A DNA stretch of 64,000 bases from a virus. Its lineage: Duplodnaviria > Heunggongvirae > Uroviricota > Caudoviricetes. The notes under the pieces are model-generated. The model was not told the DNA's origin and did no database searches. It worked only from the letters and a program-made list of their open reading frames with translations. The stretch is from the IMG/VR virus record IMGVR_UViG_3300024246_000004, positions 27,446 to 91,445 of that record. The stretch is one strand, 5' to 3'. How positions within the stretch are numbered: position 1 is the stretch's first letter; each line of letters opens with the position of its first letter. Shown piece after piece: positions 34,898-43,840 of the stretch. The translations under genes were made by a program, and so were the position numbers.

Positions 34898-35370
34898 ACC
34901 GGGTACTTGAATGCGCGCGGTGAGCGCCGGAAGAACGGATGGCCTTCGTTCGGCATCTGCACGTCCACGGGTTTGATGTCGGCGAGCTCCCCGAAGAGGC
35001 TCGGGTTGACGTGCCGGTCGGTGAAGTCGCGCCGGTCCTCGTGCAGCCTCTTAGTCACGGCCCGCAGCCTCTCCCGGGCCAGCGCCGCCTCGGCACGCGC
35101 CTGCCCGATCTTCGCGGACATCTCGCCGTACATCTTGTTGTGCCGCTTGCCCGCGCCCTTCCAATACTCCAGCTCTTTGCGCAGCGTGGCGATACCGACC
35201 TCGTGCCACGCCAGAGCGTTCGCGGCGCCGGTGAGCTCCGCAGCGAGCCACGCCAGGTCGTCTTGTGCCTGCACCATCTCCTCGGCGCTCCACGGCCCGT
35301 CGTGCGCCGCCGCGACGCGTGCTTTGACCGCGTCGAAGCGCTCTTTGCGCATGGCTTCCGGGGTCGTCAT
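34891..35370 (-). CDS. Hypothetical protein
   Basis: GGTATACGTTAAGC motif 14 nt upstream. Confidence 0.5.
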   Translation of the reverse strand: MTTPEAMRKERFDAVKARVAAAHDGPWSAEEMVQAQDDLAWLAAELTGAANALAWHEVGIATLRKELEYWKGAGKRHNKMYGEMSAKIGQARAEAALARERLRAVTKRLHEDRRDFTDRHVNPSLFGELADIKPVDVQMPNEGHPFFRRSPRAFKYPVC

Positions 35371-35399
35371 GCCCCAAGCTTAACGTATACCCTCTGTGC

Positions 35400-35846
35400 A
35401 TGGATATCTTCGGCCGCGAGAACCTCGGCCTGAACTACACGGTTCAGACCAACCCCCACGGCTACCCGATGAGCTACTCGACGGCCACCGGTGAGTTCAC
35501 GATCCACGACGGCAAGACTCCGCTGGAGCCACGACCCGACTTCGGATTCTTCTACCTGCTGCCCTGGCTCGCCGGGTACGCGGGTCAGGGCTGGGAGAAG
35601 GTCATCCTGGTCGCCACCGACCACATCTACAGCAACCTGATCGAGCGGTTCGGCTTCTACGGCGACCTCACCGTGATCGCGATGCCCGTGATCGATGCGA
35701 CGTTCCTGTTCTACGCAATCCCCTTCCCTCGCGAGGAGCCGAAGCCCGAGCGGAAGCCTCGGCCCGCCCCCGGCTTCGTGGGCATCGCAAGGGAGAGCAC
35801 GTTCAGCACCCCGGTCGTGCCGACGACCTTCCTGCCGATGGACTAG
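35400..35846 (+). CDS. Hypothetical protein
   Basis: Divergent from 35370; shares the single motif at 35377-35390 (TAACGT is 16 nt upstream of the ATG). Confidence 0.5.
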   Translation: MDIFGRENLGLNYTVQTNPHGYPMSYSTATGEFTIHDGKTPLEPRPDFGFFYLLPWLAGYAGQGWEKVILVATDHIYSNLIERFGFYGDLTVIAMPVIDATFLFYAIPFPREEPKPERKPRPAPGFVGIARESTFSTPVVPTTFLPMD

Positions 35847-36040
35847 CCGCCGCAGTCGATCAGCATGCCGTCGCCGGTACCACATACGAAGCACCACCGG
35901 ATCTTGGTGCACAGCAGGTGGTTGTTCTCGGTATCGTGCCGGAGGGTGACGTTGAGCGGTTCGTCGCGTCCATGCCGCGCACACTCGGCGCACTTGTCGT
36001 CGTCGGGCGCTGCCAGGGCCGTCTTTTTCTTCACCGCCAT
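35843..36040 (-). CDS. Zn-ribbon small protein
   Basis: CAEC...C..C pattern; start uncertain. Confidence 0.35.
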   Translation of the reverse strand: MAVKKKTALAAPDDDKCAECARHGRDEPLNVTLRHDTENNHLLCTKIRWCFVCGTGDGMLIDCGG

Positions 36041-36076
36041 CGTACTAACATAACGTAGCTGTAGTATCATGTCCAC

Positions 36077-36160
36077 ATGACAGATACTCATAAGATCGCC
36101 GTCTTCTGCGCCGCCGTGGTGGCCTGCGCGACCGCCTTCGCGGAACTGATGGGCCGCTGA
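36077..36160 (+). CDS. Leader micro-ORF (27 aa, hydrophobic), coupled to the next gene
   Basis: Stop TGA overlaps the ATG of 36160 (TGATG). Confidence 0.35.
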   Translation: MTDTHKIAVFCAAVVACATAFAELMGR

Positions 36161-36630
36161 TGGATCTCACTGTGACCCTCGACGACGGCACCACCCTCCC
36201 CCTGGCCGAATGCGACTGGGCGTTGCTGCGGCCCTGCGGATGCGCCGAAGCGATCAGCCTGGCAGTGGTGGACGACGACGAGGTGCTCGCCACCGCGCAG
36301 ATGGCCTTCGCCGGGTTCGAGCCGACCGCCCGCAAGCGCGAGAGCATGATCGGGAACGGCTACACGGTCAAGCTCATGCGCCGCCACGAGGCATCAGACC
36401 TCTTCCTGGCGAAGTGCGTACACGAAAGCATCTTCCGCTCCGTCGTCACCTGCACGGGGCCCGACGGCAGCAGCTGGACGAACGTCTACGGCCCCTATCG
36501 TACCCGCAACACGGCCCGGGGCGTGGCGACGCTGAAAAACCGATCGCGCAATCGCTGGGGGATTGAGGACCCGGTGAAGCGCGAGACTGTGATCCAGCGT
36601 GCCACGGTCTCCTGGGAAGACCTTCCGTGA
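36160..36630 (+). CDS. Hypothetical protein
   Basis: ORF; followed by three translationally coupled genes. Confidence 0.5.
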   Translation: MDLTVTLDDGTTLPLAECDWALLRPCGCAEAISLAVVDDDEVLATAQMAFAGFEPTARKRESMIGNGYTVKLMRRHEASDLFLAKCVHESIFRSVVTCTGPDGSSWTNVYGPYRTRNTARGVATLKNRSRNRWGIEDPVKRETVIQRATVSWEDLP

Positions 36631-36833
36631 CGGAGATCAAAGCGCGGTTCGCAGTCGGCGACCGTGTGGCGCTTACCGAGTGCCCCTCGGTCGGCACGAT
36701 CGTGGACGCCGAGCTGGAGGACCGCCCGGTGCGCCCCGGCGTCCGTGCGCAGCGATGGTTCTACCTGATCGACTGGCCCGAGTTCACCAACGACCACGGC
36801 TGGCATCCCGAAGACGAGCTGGTGACGCCGTGA
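36627..36833 (+). CDS. Hypothetical protein
   Basis: GTG overlaps the upstream stop (GTGA). Confidence 0.45.
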   Translation: MTEIKARFAVGDRVALTECPSVGTIVDAELEDRPVRPGVRAQRWFYLIDWPEFTNDHGWHPEDELVTP

Positions 36834-37171
36834 CCGACGAGGACTTCGAGGAGCGCGTCCAGCGCAACATCGAGCGCGTGCGTCCAGCTTTGGAGCGCAT
36901 GGCACGCGGCCCGTATCCGCTGGAGCAGCAGTGCCCGCACTGGCTGACGCGCCAGCCGAGGAAAGGGCTGGTGACGCGGTACCTGTGCCGCCGTTGCGAG
37001 GGCTACCACGATCAGTGGTGGGATCCAGCCTTCAAGACCATGGAGGGTATGGACGTGCACGTGGAGGCCGTCACCGGCGGCGAGGTGCTGTCCATGCGGG
37101 TACGGCCCCTGGGGGAGGGTGAGATCGACCCGACGTGGGATCAGGGGCCCGGAAAAGAACCCTTGGCATAA
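36830..37171 (+). CDS. Hypothetical Cys-containing protein
   Basis: GTG overlaps the upstream stop. Confidence 0.45.
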   Translation: MTDEDFEERVQRNIERVRPALERMARGPYPLEQQCPHWLTRQPRKGLVTRYLCRRCEGYHDQWWDPAFKTMEGMDVHVEAVTGGEVLSMRVRPLGEGEIDPTWDQGPGKEPLA

Positions 37172-37222
37172 CGTATCCTGCACGCTATGCTGACCCCACG
37201 AACCTAGCGAAAGGGGTCAGCC

Positions 37223-37372
37223 ATGCAGATCTTCATCTCCGGCGTAGTGATCGTCGTGTCCTACCTGGGCGCCGACGCCCTGCACGACCGCTTCCCGCGC
37301 CCCGCACCCTACGACTGGCCGGTGTGGGTCTACCGCCTGCGGCTCGCGGTGCGCTCCCGGCTCTCGCGCTAA
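37223..37372 (+). CDS. Small membrane peptide (49 aa)
   Basis: SD GAAAGGGG 7 nt upstream of the ATG. Confidence 0.4.
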   Translation: MQIFISGVVIVVSYLGADALHDRFPRPAPYDWPVWVYRLRLAVRSRLSR

Positions 37373-37659
37373 CCCTCGCTCTTGTCGTCGTGCCCGCACG
37401 GCTGGTTGAAGAACCACACGAACCCGCCGACCAGCGGCACGACCACCAGCTTCGAAGCGCGCTCGCCGTCGCAGGCGTCCATCCAGGCGAACTTCCAGGG
37501 ACTGCTACACGCCCACGGCGGCCAGTACTGCCAGCGCTCCATGTAGACCGTCATCCAGCCACCCCAGCTGTACGGCCTACACCACTCGTAGTTCTCGTAG
37601 TCATGGTTCGGCCGCTTCCACATCACCGCGCGCCGGAACGGCTCCTCGTCCCCGATCAT
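37369..37659 (-). CDS. Trp-rich hypothetical protein
   Basis: SD GGAGGGAAGA then ATG. Confidence 0.4.
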   Translation of the reverse strand: MIGDEEPFRRAVMWKRPNHDYENYEWCRPYSWGGWMTVYMERWQYWPPWACSSPWKFAWMDACDGERASKLVVVPLVGGFVWFFNQPCGHDDKSEG

Positions 37660-38102
37660 TCTTCCCTCCATTTGATCCGGCAGCGTTTGCGGCCCTTCGC
37701 GTGCGCGAGCCACAGGTGCCGGGGGAAGACCGCCCACGTGGCCGAAACTGTTTCGTGGTACTTGCCATGCACCGCAGTGCACCCCTCTACGTCGTGCAGG
37801 CACACCACGCAGTACGCCGTGCGTGGAGGGCGGTAGAGCCCGCGAGCCTCCCAGGATCCCTGGACGGATGTCCAGATCCTCGGATTCTCGTCGTCCAGGA
37901 GCCACTTGGCCGAACGCTCATAGTCGTGGAAGTCGGTCATGCCCCGAGTGTTGCCGCCTTGGGCGAAACTGGAGAACGGCCGCACCATCAGGCCCCAGGT
38001 CGGGGTGTGGAGGGTGATCTGGATCGGGCAGCCGTACATGTGGTGGTCCACGTCCCACCAGGGGATCCAGAAGATGTGCGCTTGAACGAAGGGGATCTTC
38101 AC
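37656..38102 (-). CDS. Hypothetical protein
   Basis: GTG coupled to the upstream stop. Confidence 0.4.
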   Translation of the reverse strand: MKIPFVQAHIFWIPWWDVDHHMYGCPIQITLHTPTWGLMVRPFSSFAQGGNTRGMTDFHDYERSAKWLLDDENPRIWTSVQGSWEARGLYRPPRTAYCVVCLHDVEGCTAVHGKYHETVSATWAVFPRHLWLAHAKGRKRCRIKWREE

Positions 38103-38509
38103 TCGTCGTGGTTCTCCGGGTGGCAGCAGTTCGCGCCGTCGCAGGTGCATGTCTCCATGTGGTTGCCGAACACGCAGCACTGGCAGGTGGCTGCGTCGAG
38201 TTCTCCGCTCAGCCGCTGGACCTCCTCCAGCTCCTCGGTAGCGCCCTCGTGGTCGTCGATCCATTGCTCCAGGCCGGTGGACTCGATGAGACGCTCGTAG
38301 GCCACGATCAGGCGCATCTGGAGCTCGCCGAGCGCCCGCTCGTGCCGGTGCAGAGCCCGAACACCCTCCACTACCTCCGTCCACGTCCCCCCGTAGACCG
38401 TGAGAACCTCTGCGAGCGCGGTCATCACCGAGCCGGTCGCCGAGTGCTCTTTCCCGGCGGCGCGGTCGATGATCTCTTTGATCTCCGCCGGGATCATCTC
38501 GGGCTTCAC
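38099..38509 (-). CDS. Hypothetical acidic, Cys-containing protein
   Basis: ORF. Confidence 0.4.
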   Translation of the reverse strand: MKPEMIPAEIKEIIDRAAGKEHSATGSVMTALAEVLTVYGGTWTEVVEGVRALHRHERALGELQMRLIVAYERLIESTGLEQWIDDHEGATEELEEVQRLSGELDAATCQCCVFGNHMETCTCDGANCCHPENHDE

Positions 38510-38871
38510 AGGTCGAGAGCCTTCCGTGCCCGCTCCACACGCTTCCCGGCCTCCTGGTAGCGATGAGCCCATTCGACGTCACCACTCGGGATCATCCCGG
38601 TGGCGTATGCCAGCTGCGCCCACGCCTCGTCGAGTTCCTCGATCAAGCTGCTGGGATAGCACTTCTCGCCGTTGATCCAGACTTCGCCGTCGCTGATCAC
38701 AGTGCCGGAGTTGCTGCTGATCGAAATACTGCGCGCCGCCTGGATGTTGGTGCCGCCGCCACTGGCACGCTGGCTGGTCCCCACCCCGCCGAGCGCCACC
38801 CGCACGGAGTCCAGTGCCCGCAGCCCCGCCGCCAGCGCCGCGCTGGCGTCGCCACCGTGCTTCTCTTTCAC
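38506..38871 (-). CDS. Hypothetical protein
   Basis: SD GGAGGA then GTG. Confidence 0.4.
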   Translation of the reverse strand: MKEKHGGDASAALAAGLRALDSVRVALGGVGTSQRASGGGTNIQAARSISISSNSGTVISDGEVWINGEKCYPSSLIEELDEAWAQLAYATGMIPSGDVEWAHRYQEAGKRVERARKALDL

Positions 38872-39191
38872 TCGCCGTCCTCCGGCTCGTAGGGCGCCCA
38901 TACCTGGTAGTCCGTGGGCACGCGCAGCGCCCGCCGAGGATGCGCGTGGGCGATGACGGCCGCCTGGGCCTTCGCGCGCATGCAGCGGTCGCAGACGTTA
39001 ATCATCAGGTATTGACCGCTCATCTCGTCGAATACCGTGGAGCCGTACTGTCCGTGGGACGTGAAAGCCGTGGCACCGTAAGGCTGCCAGTTCATGTCGT
39101 CTTCGGGAAAGCCGGTGGGGAAGACCAGCTCCGGCTTGTGGCCGCAGACGATGCAGGGCAGCGGGAACTCCGGCTCTGCGGGTTCACTCAC
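38868..39191 (-). CDS. Zn-finger-like hypothetical protein
   Basis: CIVCGH...CDRC. Confidence 0.45.
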   Translation of the reverse strand: MSEPAEPEFPLPCIVCGHKPELVFPTGFPEDDMNWQPYGATAFTSHGQYGSTVFDEMSGQYLMINVCDRCMRAKAQAAVIAHAHPRRALRVPTDYQVWAPYEPEDGE

Positions 39192-39420
39192 AGTCGAGTT
39201 CCCCTTCCCCGTCCAGCCACCGGTCCAGGTTGTCCACGGACTTCTTGGCAGTGTCGAAGTCCAGGACCCACACCCACGGCCCGTTCTCGTGGAACTTGTC
39301 GGGTTTGGCCTTCGTGACGCGGTAGATGTCGTCCAGGGGGCCGTCCAGGCGCGGGTCCCAGGCGACGACTTCGCGCTCGGGGTCGCGCTTCAGGATCTCG
39401 ATCAGTTCAGACGCTTTCAC
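39184..39420 (-). CDS. Hypothetical protein
   Basis: SD GGAGGCACC then GTG. Confidence 0.45.
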   Translation of the reverse strand: MKASELIEILKRDPEREVVAWDPRLDGPLDDIYRVTKAKPDKFHENGPWVWVLDFDTAKKSVDNLDRWLDGEGELDCE

Positions 39421-39442
39421 GGTGCCTCCGGCTTGGCGTTGG

Positions 39443-39892
39443 TTAGCGCTTACTGTACTGCGGGGCCTTGCGCGCCTTCTTGAGACCGGCCTTCTTGCGC
39501 TCGATGACGCGCGAGTCGCGGGTCAGCAGCCCCGCCGCCTTGAGCGCGGGCCGGTTCGCGTCACGGTCCGCCGCGTTCAGCGCGCGGGCGATGCCGAGGC
39601 GCAGGGCGTCCGCCTGGCCGGAGATGCCGCCGCCGTCGATCCGGGCGACGACGTGGCATGTGCCGTCCAGCCCGAGCAGGCGCAGCGCGGTGCGGGCGCT
39701 CTGCTGGTGCACCTTGTTCGGGAAGTACTCCTCCAGGGAGCGCCCGTTGATCTTCCAGGTGCCGTAGCCGGGCATCACCCAGACGCGGGCCACGGCCTCC
39801 TTGCGGCGGCCCGTGCCGTACGACGCGGTGAGCAGCGAGCCGGTCGGCGTCGCGGCGTCCTCGACGGGGGTTTCAGTGACGTAAGTTTCCAT
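39443..39892 (-). CDS. rpsI: Ribosomal protein uS9 homolog
   Basis: ...[18 protein letters not shown]...C-terminal ...[18 protein letters not shown] is the canonical S9 pattern; SD AGTAAGGATGATC-ATG. Confidence 0.8.
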   Translation of the reverse strand: METYVTETPVEDAATPTGSLLTASYGTGRRKEAVARVWVMPGYGTWKINGRSLEEYFPNKVHQQSARTALRLLGLDGTCHVVARIDGGGISGQADALRLGIARALNAADRDANRPALKAAGLLTRDSRVIERKKAGLKKARKAPQYSKR

Positions 39893-39900
39893 GATCATCC

Positions 39901-40320
39901 TTACTGCGCGACCTGGGACAGCTGGTACGGCTCGGGGCGCTGTGCGGCGTGCGGGTGCTCCGGGCCGCCGTAGACCTTGAGCTTCTTCAGCACCTGGCGG
40001 CCGAGGGTGTTCTTGGGGAGCATGCCGCGCACGGCCTTCTCGACGGCCTTGCGGGAGTCCTTGTCGATCAGCTCGCCGTACTTGACCGAGCGCAGACCGC
40101 CCGGGTAGCCGGAGTGCCGGTAGGCCAGCTTGTCCTCGCGCTTGTTGCCGGACAGGTAGACCTTGTCGGCGTTGATGATGACCACGAAGTCGCCGGTGTC
40201 CACGTGCGGGGCGAACTGCGGCTTGTGCTTTCCGCGCAGCAGGATGGCAGTCTGGCTGGCCAAGCGGCCGAGCGGGATGTCGGCGGCGTCGATGACGCGC
40301 CAGGTCTGTTCGGCAGACAT
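39901..40320 (-). CDS. rplM: Ribosomal protein uL13 homolog
   Basis: [54 protein letters not shown]... is the canonical L13 pattern; SD GGAAGGAAGATC-ATG; stop abuts the rpsI start, as in the bacterial rplM-rpsI operon. Confidence 0.8.
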   Translation of the reverse strand: MSAEQTWRVIDAADIPLGRLASQTAILLRGKHKPQFAPHVDTGDFVVIINADKVYLSGNKREDKLAYRHSGYPGGLRSVKYGELIDKDSRKAVEKAVRGMLPKNTLGRQVLKKLKVYGGPEHPHAAQRPEPYQLSQVAQ

Positions 40321-40354
40321 GATCTTCCTTCCGGATTGTCGGACTAACGTATCA

Positions 40355-40525
40355 CTAGTCGTGGAAGATCGCAGCCAGCAGGACCATGGCGAAGATCCAG
40401 GTGACGAAGAGTCCGACGGCCAGGCCACCGAGGACCGCGAGCGCCATCGCGGGCGCCGACAGGTGGAACAGCACCAGCGGCAGCATCGTGCACACCCCGA
40501 TGAACACCCCGGCCAATACGATCAT
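40355..40525 (-). CDS. Small membrane protein (56 aa)
   Basis: SD AAAGGAG; two hydrophobic helices. Confidence 0.5.
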   Translation of the reverse strand: MIVLAGVFIGVCTMLPLVLFHLSAPAMALAVLGGLAVGLFVTWIFAMVLLAAIFHD

Positions 40526-40586
40526 GGGCCTACTCCTTTCGAGTCCCGACTTGCCAAGCGGCTGACGTCTATGTCTACATGGTTAT

Positions 40587-41099
40587 ATGAACGAGACACG
40601 GGAGACCGCACTGAACGCCGCGATCGGCGTCTGGGCGATCGAGCGCGGCCCGGCCGACGCTTCGCGTGCCGACGTCCGGCGCATCCTGCGTATCGCGGAC
40701 CGGTTCGCCGCATGGCTGGACTGGCCCAACCCCGCAGTGGCTCTCGCCTTCGCCGTCGGCGAGGTTCGGCCCATCACTGAAAGGCACTCCAGCATGGCAC
40801 TCCAGGTTCCCGTCGGCTACGAGTTCGACATCGTGGTCTCGCCGACCGACATCGAGGGCAACGCGGTCCCGGACGCCCTCACGTGGACGATCTCCGACAC
40901 GACCAACACGACCCTCGCGGTGGACGACGCCACCACGCTGAAGGTCACCATCCAGGTTCTCGCGCCGTCCACCGGCGTCGTGGTCACCGCCACCGACGCG
41001 ACCGGCCTGACGGGCACGCTCGACTTCGACGCAGTGCCGGACGTCGTCACGGCGCTGGCGCTCGCCCCCTCCACGCCGGTCAAGATCCCGGCCGCCTGA
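40587..41099 (+). CDS. Hypothetical protein with Ig-like (Thr/Val-rich beta) C-terminal half
   Basis: ORF; the opposite-strand frame is Gly/Arg-rich junk. Confidence 0.45.
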   Translation: MNETRETALNAAIGVWAIERGPADASRADVRRILRIADRFAAWLDWPNPAVALAFAVGEVRPITERHSSMALQVPVGYEFDIVVSPTDIEGNAVPDALTWTISDTTNTTLAVDDATTLKVTIQVLAPSTGVVVTATDATGLTGTLDFDAVPDVVTALALAPSTPVKIPAA

Positions 41100-41143
41100 T
41101 GCGCAGCCGCCCCGGAGGCCGGGCAACCTCCGGGGCGGCCCGC

Positions 41144-41392
41144 TCATTCGCCGTTCCAGTCCAGCCCGGGGGACCCCACGCCCGCGCACTCATAGGGCTT
41201 GCCACTTCCGTCGGCCTTCACGGTCTCGTGCCAGAGGACGACGCGTTCCGCAGTCGCGCAGCGCGGCGTGCCGCAGGTTTCGCACAGCAGCGTAAGCGGG
41301 GCGTGACGGGCGATGGGCGGCGCGAGGGGTGTGGTTTCCCAGACGCGCCGGGTGCGCCGTGCGGAACCCTCGATGTTGGATAGTGCTGCCAC
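41144..41392 (-). CDS. Cys-containing hypothetical protein
   Basis: SD AAAGGAGGAG then GTG, preceded by GATACGTTAATC. Confidence 0.5.
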   Translation of the reverse strand: MAALSNIEGSARRTRRVWETTPLAPPIARHAPLTLLCETCGTPRCATAERVVLWHETVKADGSGKPYECAGVGSPGLDWNGE

Positions 41393-41420
41393 CGCTCCTC
41401 CTTTTGTTGCGATTAACGTA

Positions 41421-41831
41421 TCATATCTTGGTGCAGTTCTGGAGCGCCAGAGTCCCCAGGACCTCCCTCAAGTCGGCGCGGTCGTACCACGTGCCCACCA
41501 GGACGTACTTCTGGCCACGGAAGCCGCGCACCCGCCACACGTCGCTCACGTACACCGCGTCGTGGTAACGGTTCAAGCCGAGCTCGGCGCAATACTGCTC
41601 GTATTGGCGGTACGTGCCCGCCACCACCAGGAGCTTGAACCTCGGCTCCTGGTACTTCGGGATGCGTTCGGTGACCTGTTCGTCGGGGAGTCTCCTGCGT
41701 GGCCGCCAGCCGAAGATCATACGCCAGCTGCCCCATAAGGCCGTGACGCCACCCAGGCCCCCGAAGATCAGCGCGCCCAACTGCTCCGTGTTCGCATTCA
41801 CCGGCGCTCCAGCCCGCAGTAGCCCCAGCAC
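41421..41831 (-). CDS. Hypothetical protein
   Basis: ORF. Confidence 0.45.
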   Translation of the reverse strand: MLGLLRAGAPVNANTEQLGALIFGGLGGVTALWGSWRMIFGWRPRRRLPDEQVTERIPKYQEPRFKLLVVAGTYRQYEQYCAELGLNRYHDAVYVSDVWRVRGFRGQKYVLVGTWYDRADLREVLGTLALQNCTKI

Positions 41832-41986
41832 ATGCGGTTATGCTTCTGGCAGTAGCCGTCGTAGGCCATGCCGCGCAAGCAGCTGCGCCGGTGCGTCCAG
41901 TGTCCACGGTGGCGGCAGCGCCGCCAGTACCCGCGCCGCAGGAGCATGTCGATGAGGTTCACGGCGACCTCGTGGGTACCGTGCAT
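41798..41986 (-). CDS. Cys/His-rich small protein
   Basis: ORF. Confidence 0.35.
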   Translation of the reverse strand: MHGTHEVAVNLIDMLLRRGYWRRCRHRGHWTHRRSCLRGMAYDGYCQKHNRMCWGYCGLERR

Positions 41987-42153
41987 ACGTTCGCCTTACG
42001 GGCTGCGCTATAGGACCAGGTACCCCCCTTGGCGTTGCAGGCGTGCTTCTGCGAGTTCTCCTCGCTACCTAGCCAAATGAGGAACGCGGCGAATCCGGCG
42101 GCAAACGCCACCAGCACGGCAGCGGCTCCAAAATCGAGCAGCTTTTCCCTCAC
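41959..42153 (-). CDS. Small membrane protein
   Basis: ORF with a hydrophobic helix. Confidence 0.4.
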   Translation of the reverse strand: MREKLLDFGAAAVLVAFAAGFAAFLIWLGSEENSQKHACNAKGGTWSYSAARKANVCTVPTRSP

Positions 42154-42572
42154 ACCGCCCTGCCGATCCCCGCCAGCGCCGCAGGGGGCGCTTCTCCGCG
42201 TGTCGCGGCCACCGGGTACCAGCCCTGCTGGCGGGCATCAAGCCCCACCTGGCCCAGGAACGCGTACTTCCTCGGCGGCAGGTACACGACCAGCGACCGT
42301 GCGTAGCGCAGGCTCTCCAACCATACGCAGCTAGGATCCCCGACGTAATCGCCCGGCGATTTCGCGGTGCACAGCAATGGCGTATTGGCGCGGATCCAGA
42401 GCAATCCCCAGGGGTCGGCCGCGAGGTTGTAGTCGGCGACTCCGTGCCCGTCGGACCAGAACCAGCCCCAGCTGTCCTCGAAGGAGACACCGCCCAGGCC
42501 GTACTGGAGCTGCGCCACCGTAGGGGCTTTCTTCCACTCCGGAAGATTCCACATGTATGCTTGATCGCTCAT
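42150..42572 (-). CDS. Trp-rich hypothetical protein
   Basis: ORF. Confidence 0.45.
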   Translation of the reverse strand: MSDQAYMWNLPEWKKAPTVAQLQYGLGGVSFEDSWGWFWSDGHGVADYNLAADPWGLLWIRANTPLLCTAKSPGDYVGDPSCVWLESLRYARSLVVYLPPRKYAFLGQVGLDARQQGWYPVAATRGEAPPAALAGIGRAV

Positions 42573-42575
42573 CGT

Positions 42576-42788
42576 TCAACCTCCGTAGCTGTTGGCGACC
42601 CCCCAATACATGCGGTGGAGGAGCGCGACGATCGTCTTTTCGGGTATTCCGGATTGCACTAACAAAAGGGCGGTTTGTTCGAATACCGCATGGCCGTCTT
42701 GTGTGAGCCAGCCGTTTTCGCCGGGGATTTCTTCGATTTTCCACTGCAACCCCGGGCTGATGCGCTGAGGGGCGCTTCCCTGTTCCAT
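42576..42788 (-). CDS. Hypothetical protein
   Basis: ORF. Confidence 0.4.
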   Translation of the reverse strand: MEQGSAPQRISPGLQWKIEEIPGENGWLTQDGHAVFEQTALLLVQSGIPEKTIVALLHRMYWGVANSYGG

Positions 42789-42822
42789 GACTCTCCCTAC
42801 GAACCGAAGGGGGTCTAAAGTA

Positions 42823-43158
42823 TCACGGAACGCGGGGTTTCCGGTCCCTGCCTACGGGGTTGCGCCGATTCTTGACCACCGATTCGGGGTCGTATCCGAG
42901 AGCCGCGATCTCTCCCAGATAAATCTGCTCGTACTCCTCGTAATGGCGCCGCCGCAGGATACCCAGCGCCCGGTCGCGCGCCTGGCACAGCGCTTGCGTC
43001 CGCGCCATGCGGGCTTGGACGACTGCGGCGCCTGGGCCCTTGCGTTCCTTGAGGCGGCACTCGTAGCAGAGGGTCTGGTCCCCCTGGTACTCGCGCAGCG
43101 GCCGGTCGGCGAAGCACCTGCTGCACGACTGGGTCTGCGGCTCCCCGCGCCCCTGCAT
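42823..43158 (-). CDS. Zn-finger-like hypothetical protein
   Basis: CSRCF...CYEC; start uncertain. Confidence 0.35.
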   Translation of the reverse strand: MQGRGEPQTQSCSRCFADRPLREYQGDQTLCYECRLKERKGPGAAVVQARMARTQALCQARDRALGILRRRHYEEYEQIYLGEIAALGYDPESVVKNRRNPVGRDRKPRVP

Positions 43159-43838
43159 CACGCCGCCCCCCAGTAGTGCCTGCGCACCCGCAGCAGCCAC
43201 GCCTGAGCCGCCAGCGCGTCCGGCTCAGGCGGCAGCGCCGGTGTAGCGCTGTCGAACAGCATGCTGTAGGCCTCGACCATCTTGCGCGCCTTCTCGATGT
43301 CGCCCCCCGCCACGGCATCGCCGAACGCGTGATAGTCCTGCGGGTTCTCCAGCCTGATCGGCAGGCTGCCGGTCGTGTACAGGTGGAGGCCCTGGTGGCA
43401 CAGCCGCATCAGGTGCCGGGCGTGCTTCGCGACCCGGCGCTCCGGGATGTCCGCGTCGAGAGACGTGCCGCCGCGCTGCTCCAGCCGGTGGAACTGCGCT
43501 CTGGCGTACCCGAGGTACCGGTAGCGCACCTGCCCGGCGCTCAGGAACGCCTCCCGAATGTCCACCAGATCGGCGCCCAGCGGGTTGATGATCTCGTACT
43601 CCCCGAGGAACATCAGCTCCAGGACGGTGGGGTTGCACTCCAGGGCGAGCCGCACGTACTTCGCGGCCTCGTGGAACGCGACGTCCGGGTTATGGCCGTC
43701 CAGCGTCTCCTTGGGCCTGCCCAGACCGAGGATCAGCTGGGTGGGGTAGGCGAACACCCCGAGCCGGTCCACATCCGAACCCGGTCCGGCCAGGCCGTAT
43801 GCGGTCGAGCCCACGACCCCCGAGAGCAGGACCTTCAT
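43158..43838 (-). CDS. Pol-beta-superfamily nucleotidyltransferase
   Basis: N-terminal GSTAYGLAGPGSDVDRLGVF fits the hG[GS]...[DE]h[DE] minimal NTase motif; the upstream 120 codons of the track ORF are low-complexity and excluded. Confidence 0.5.
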   Translation of the reverse strand: MKVLLSGVVGSTAYGLAGPGSDVDRLGVFAYPTQLILGLGRPKETLDGHNPDVAFHEAAKYVRLALECNPTVLELMFLGEYEIINPLGADLVDIREAFLSAGQVRYRYLGYARAQFHRLEQRGGTSLDADIPERRVAKHARHLMRLCHQGLHLYTTGSLPIRLENPQDYHAFGDAVAGGDIEKARKMVEAYSMLFDSATPALPPEPDALAAQAWLLRVRRHYWGAA

Positions 43839-43840
43839 GT

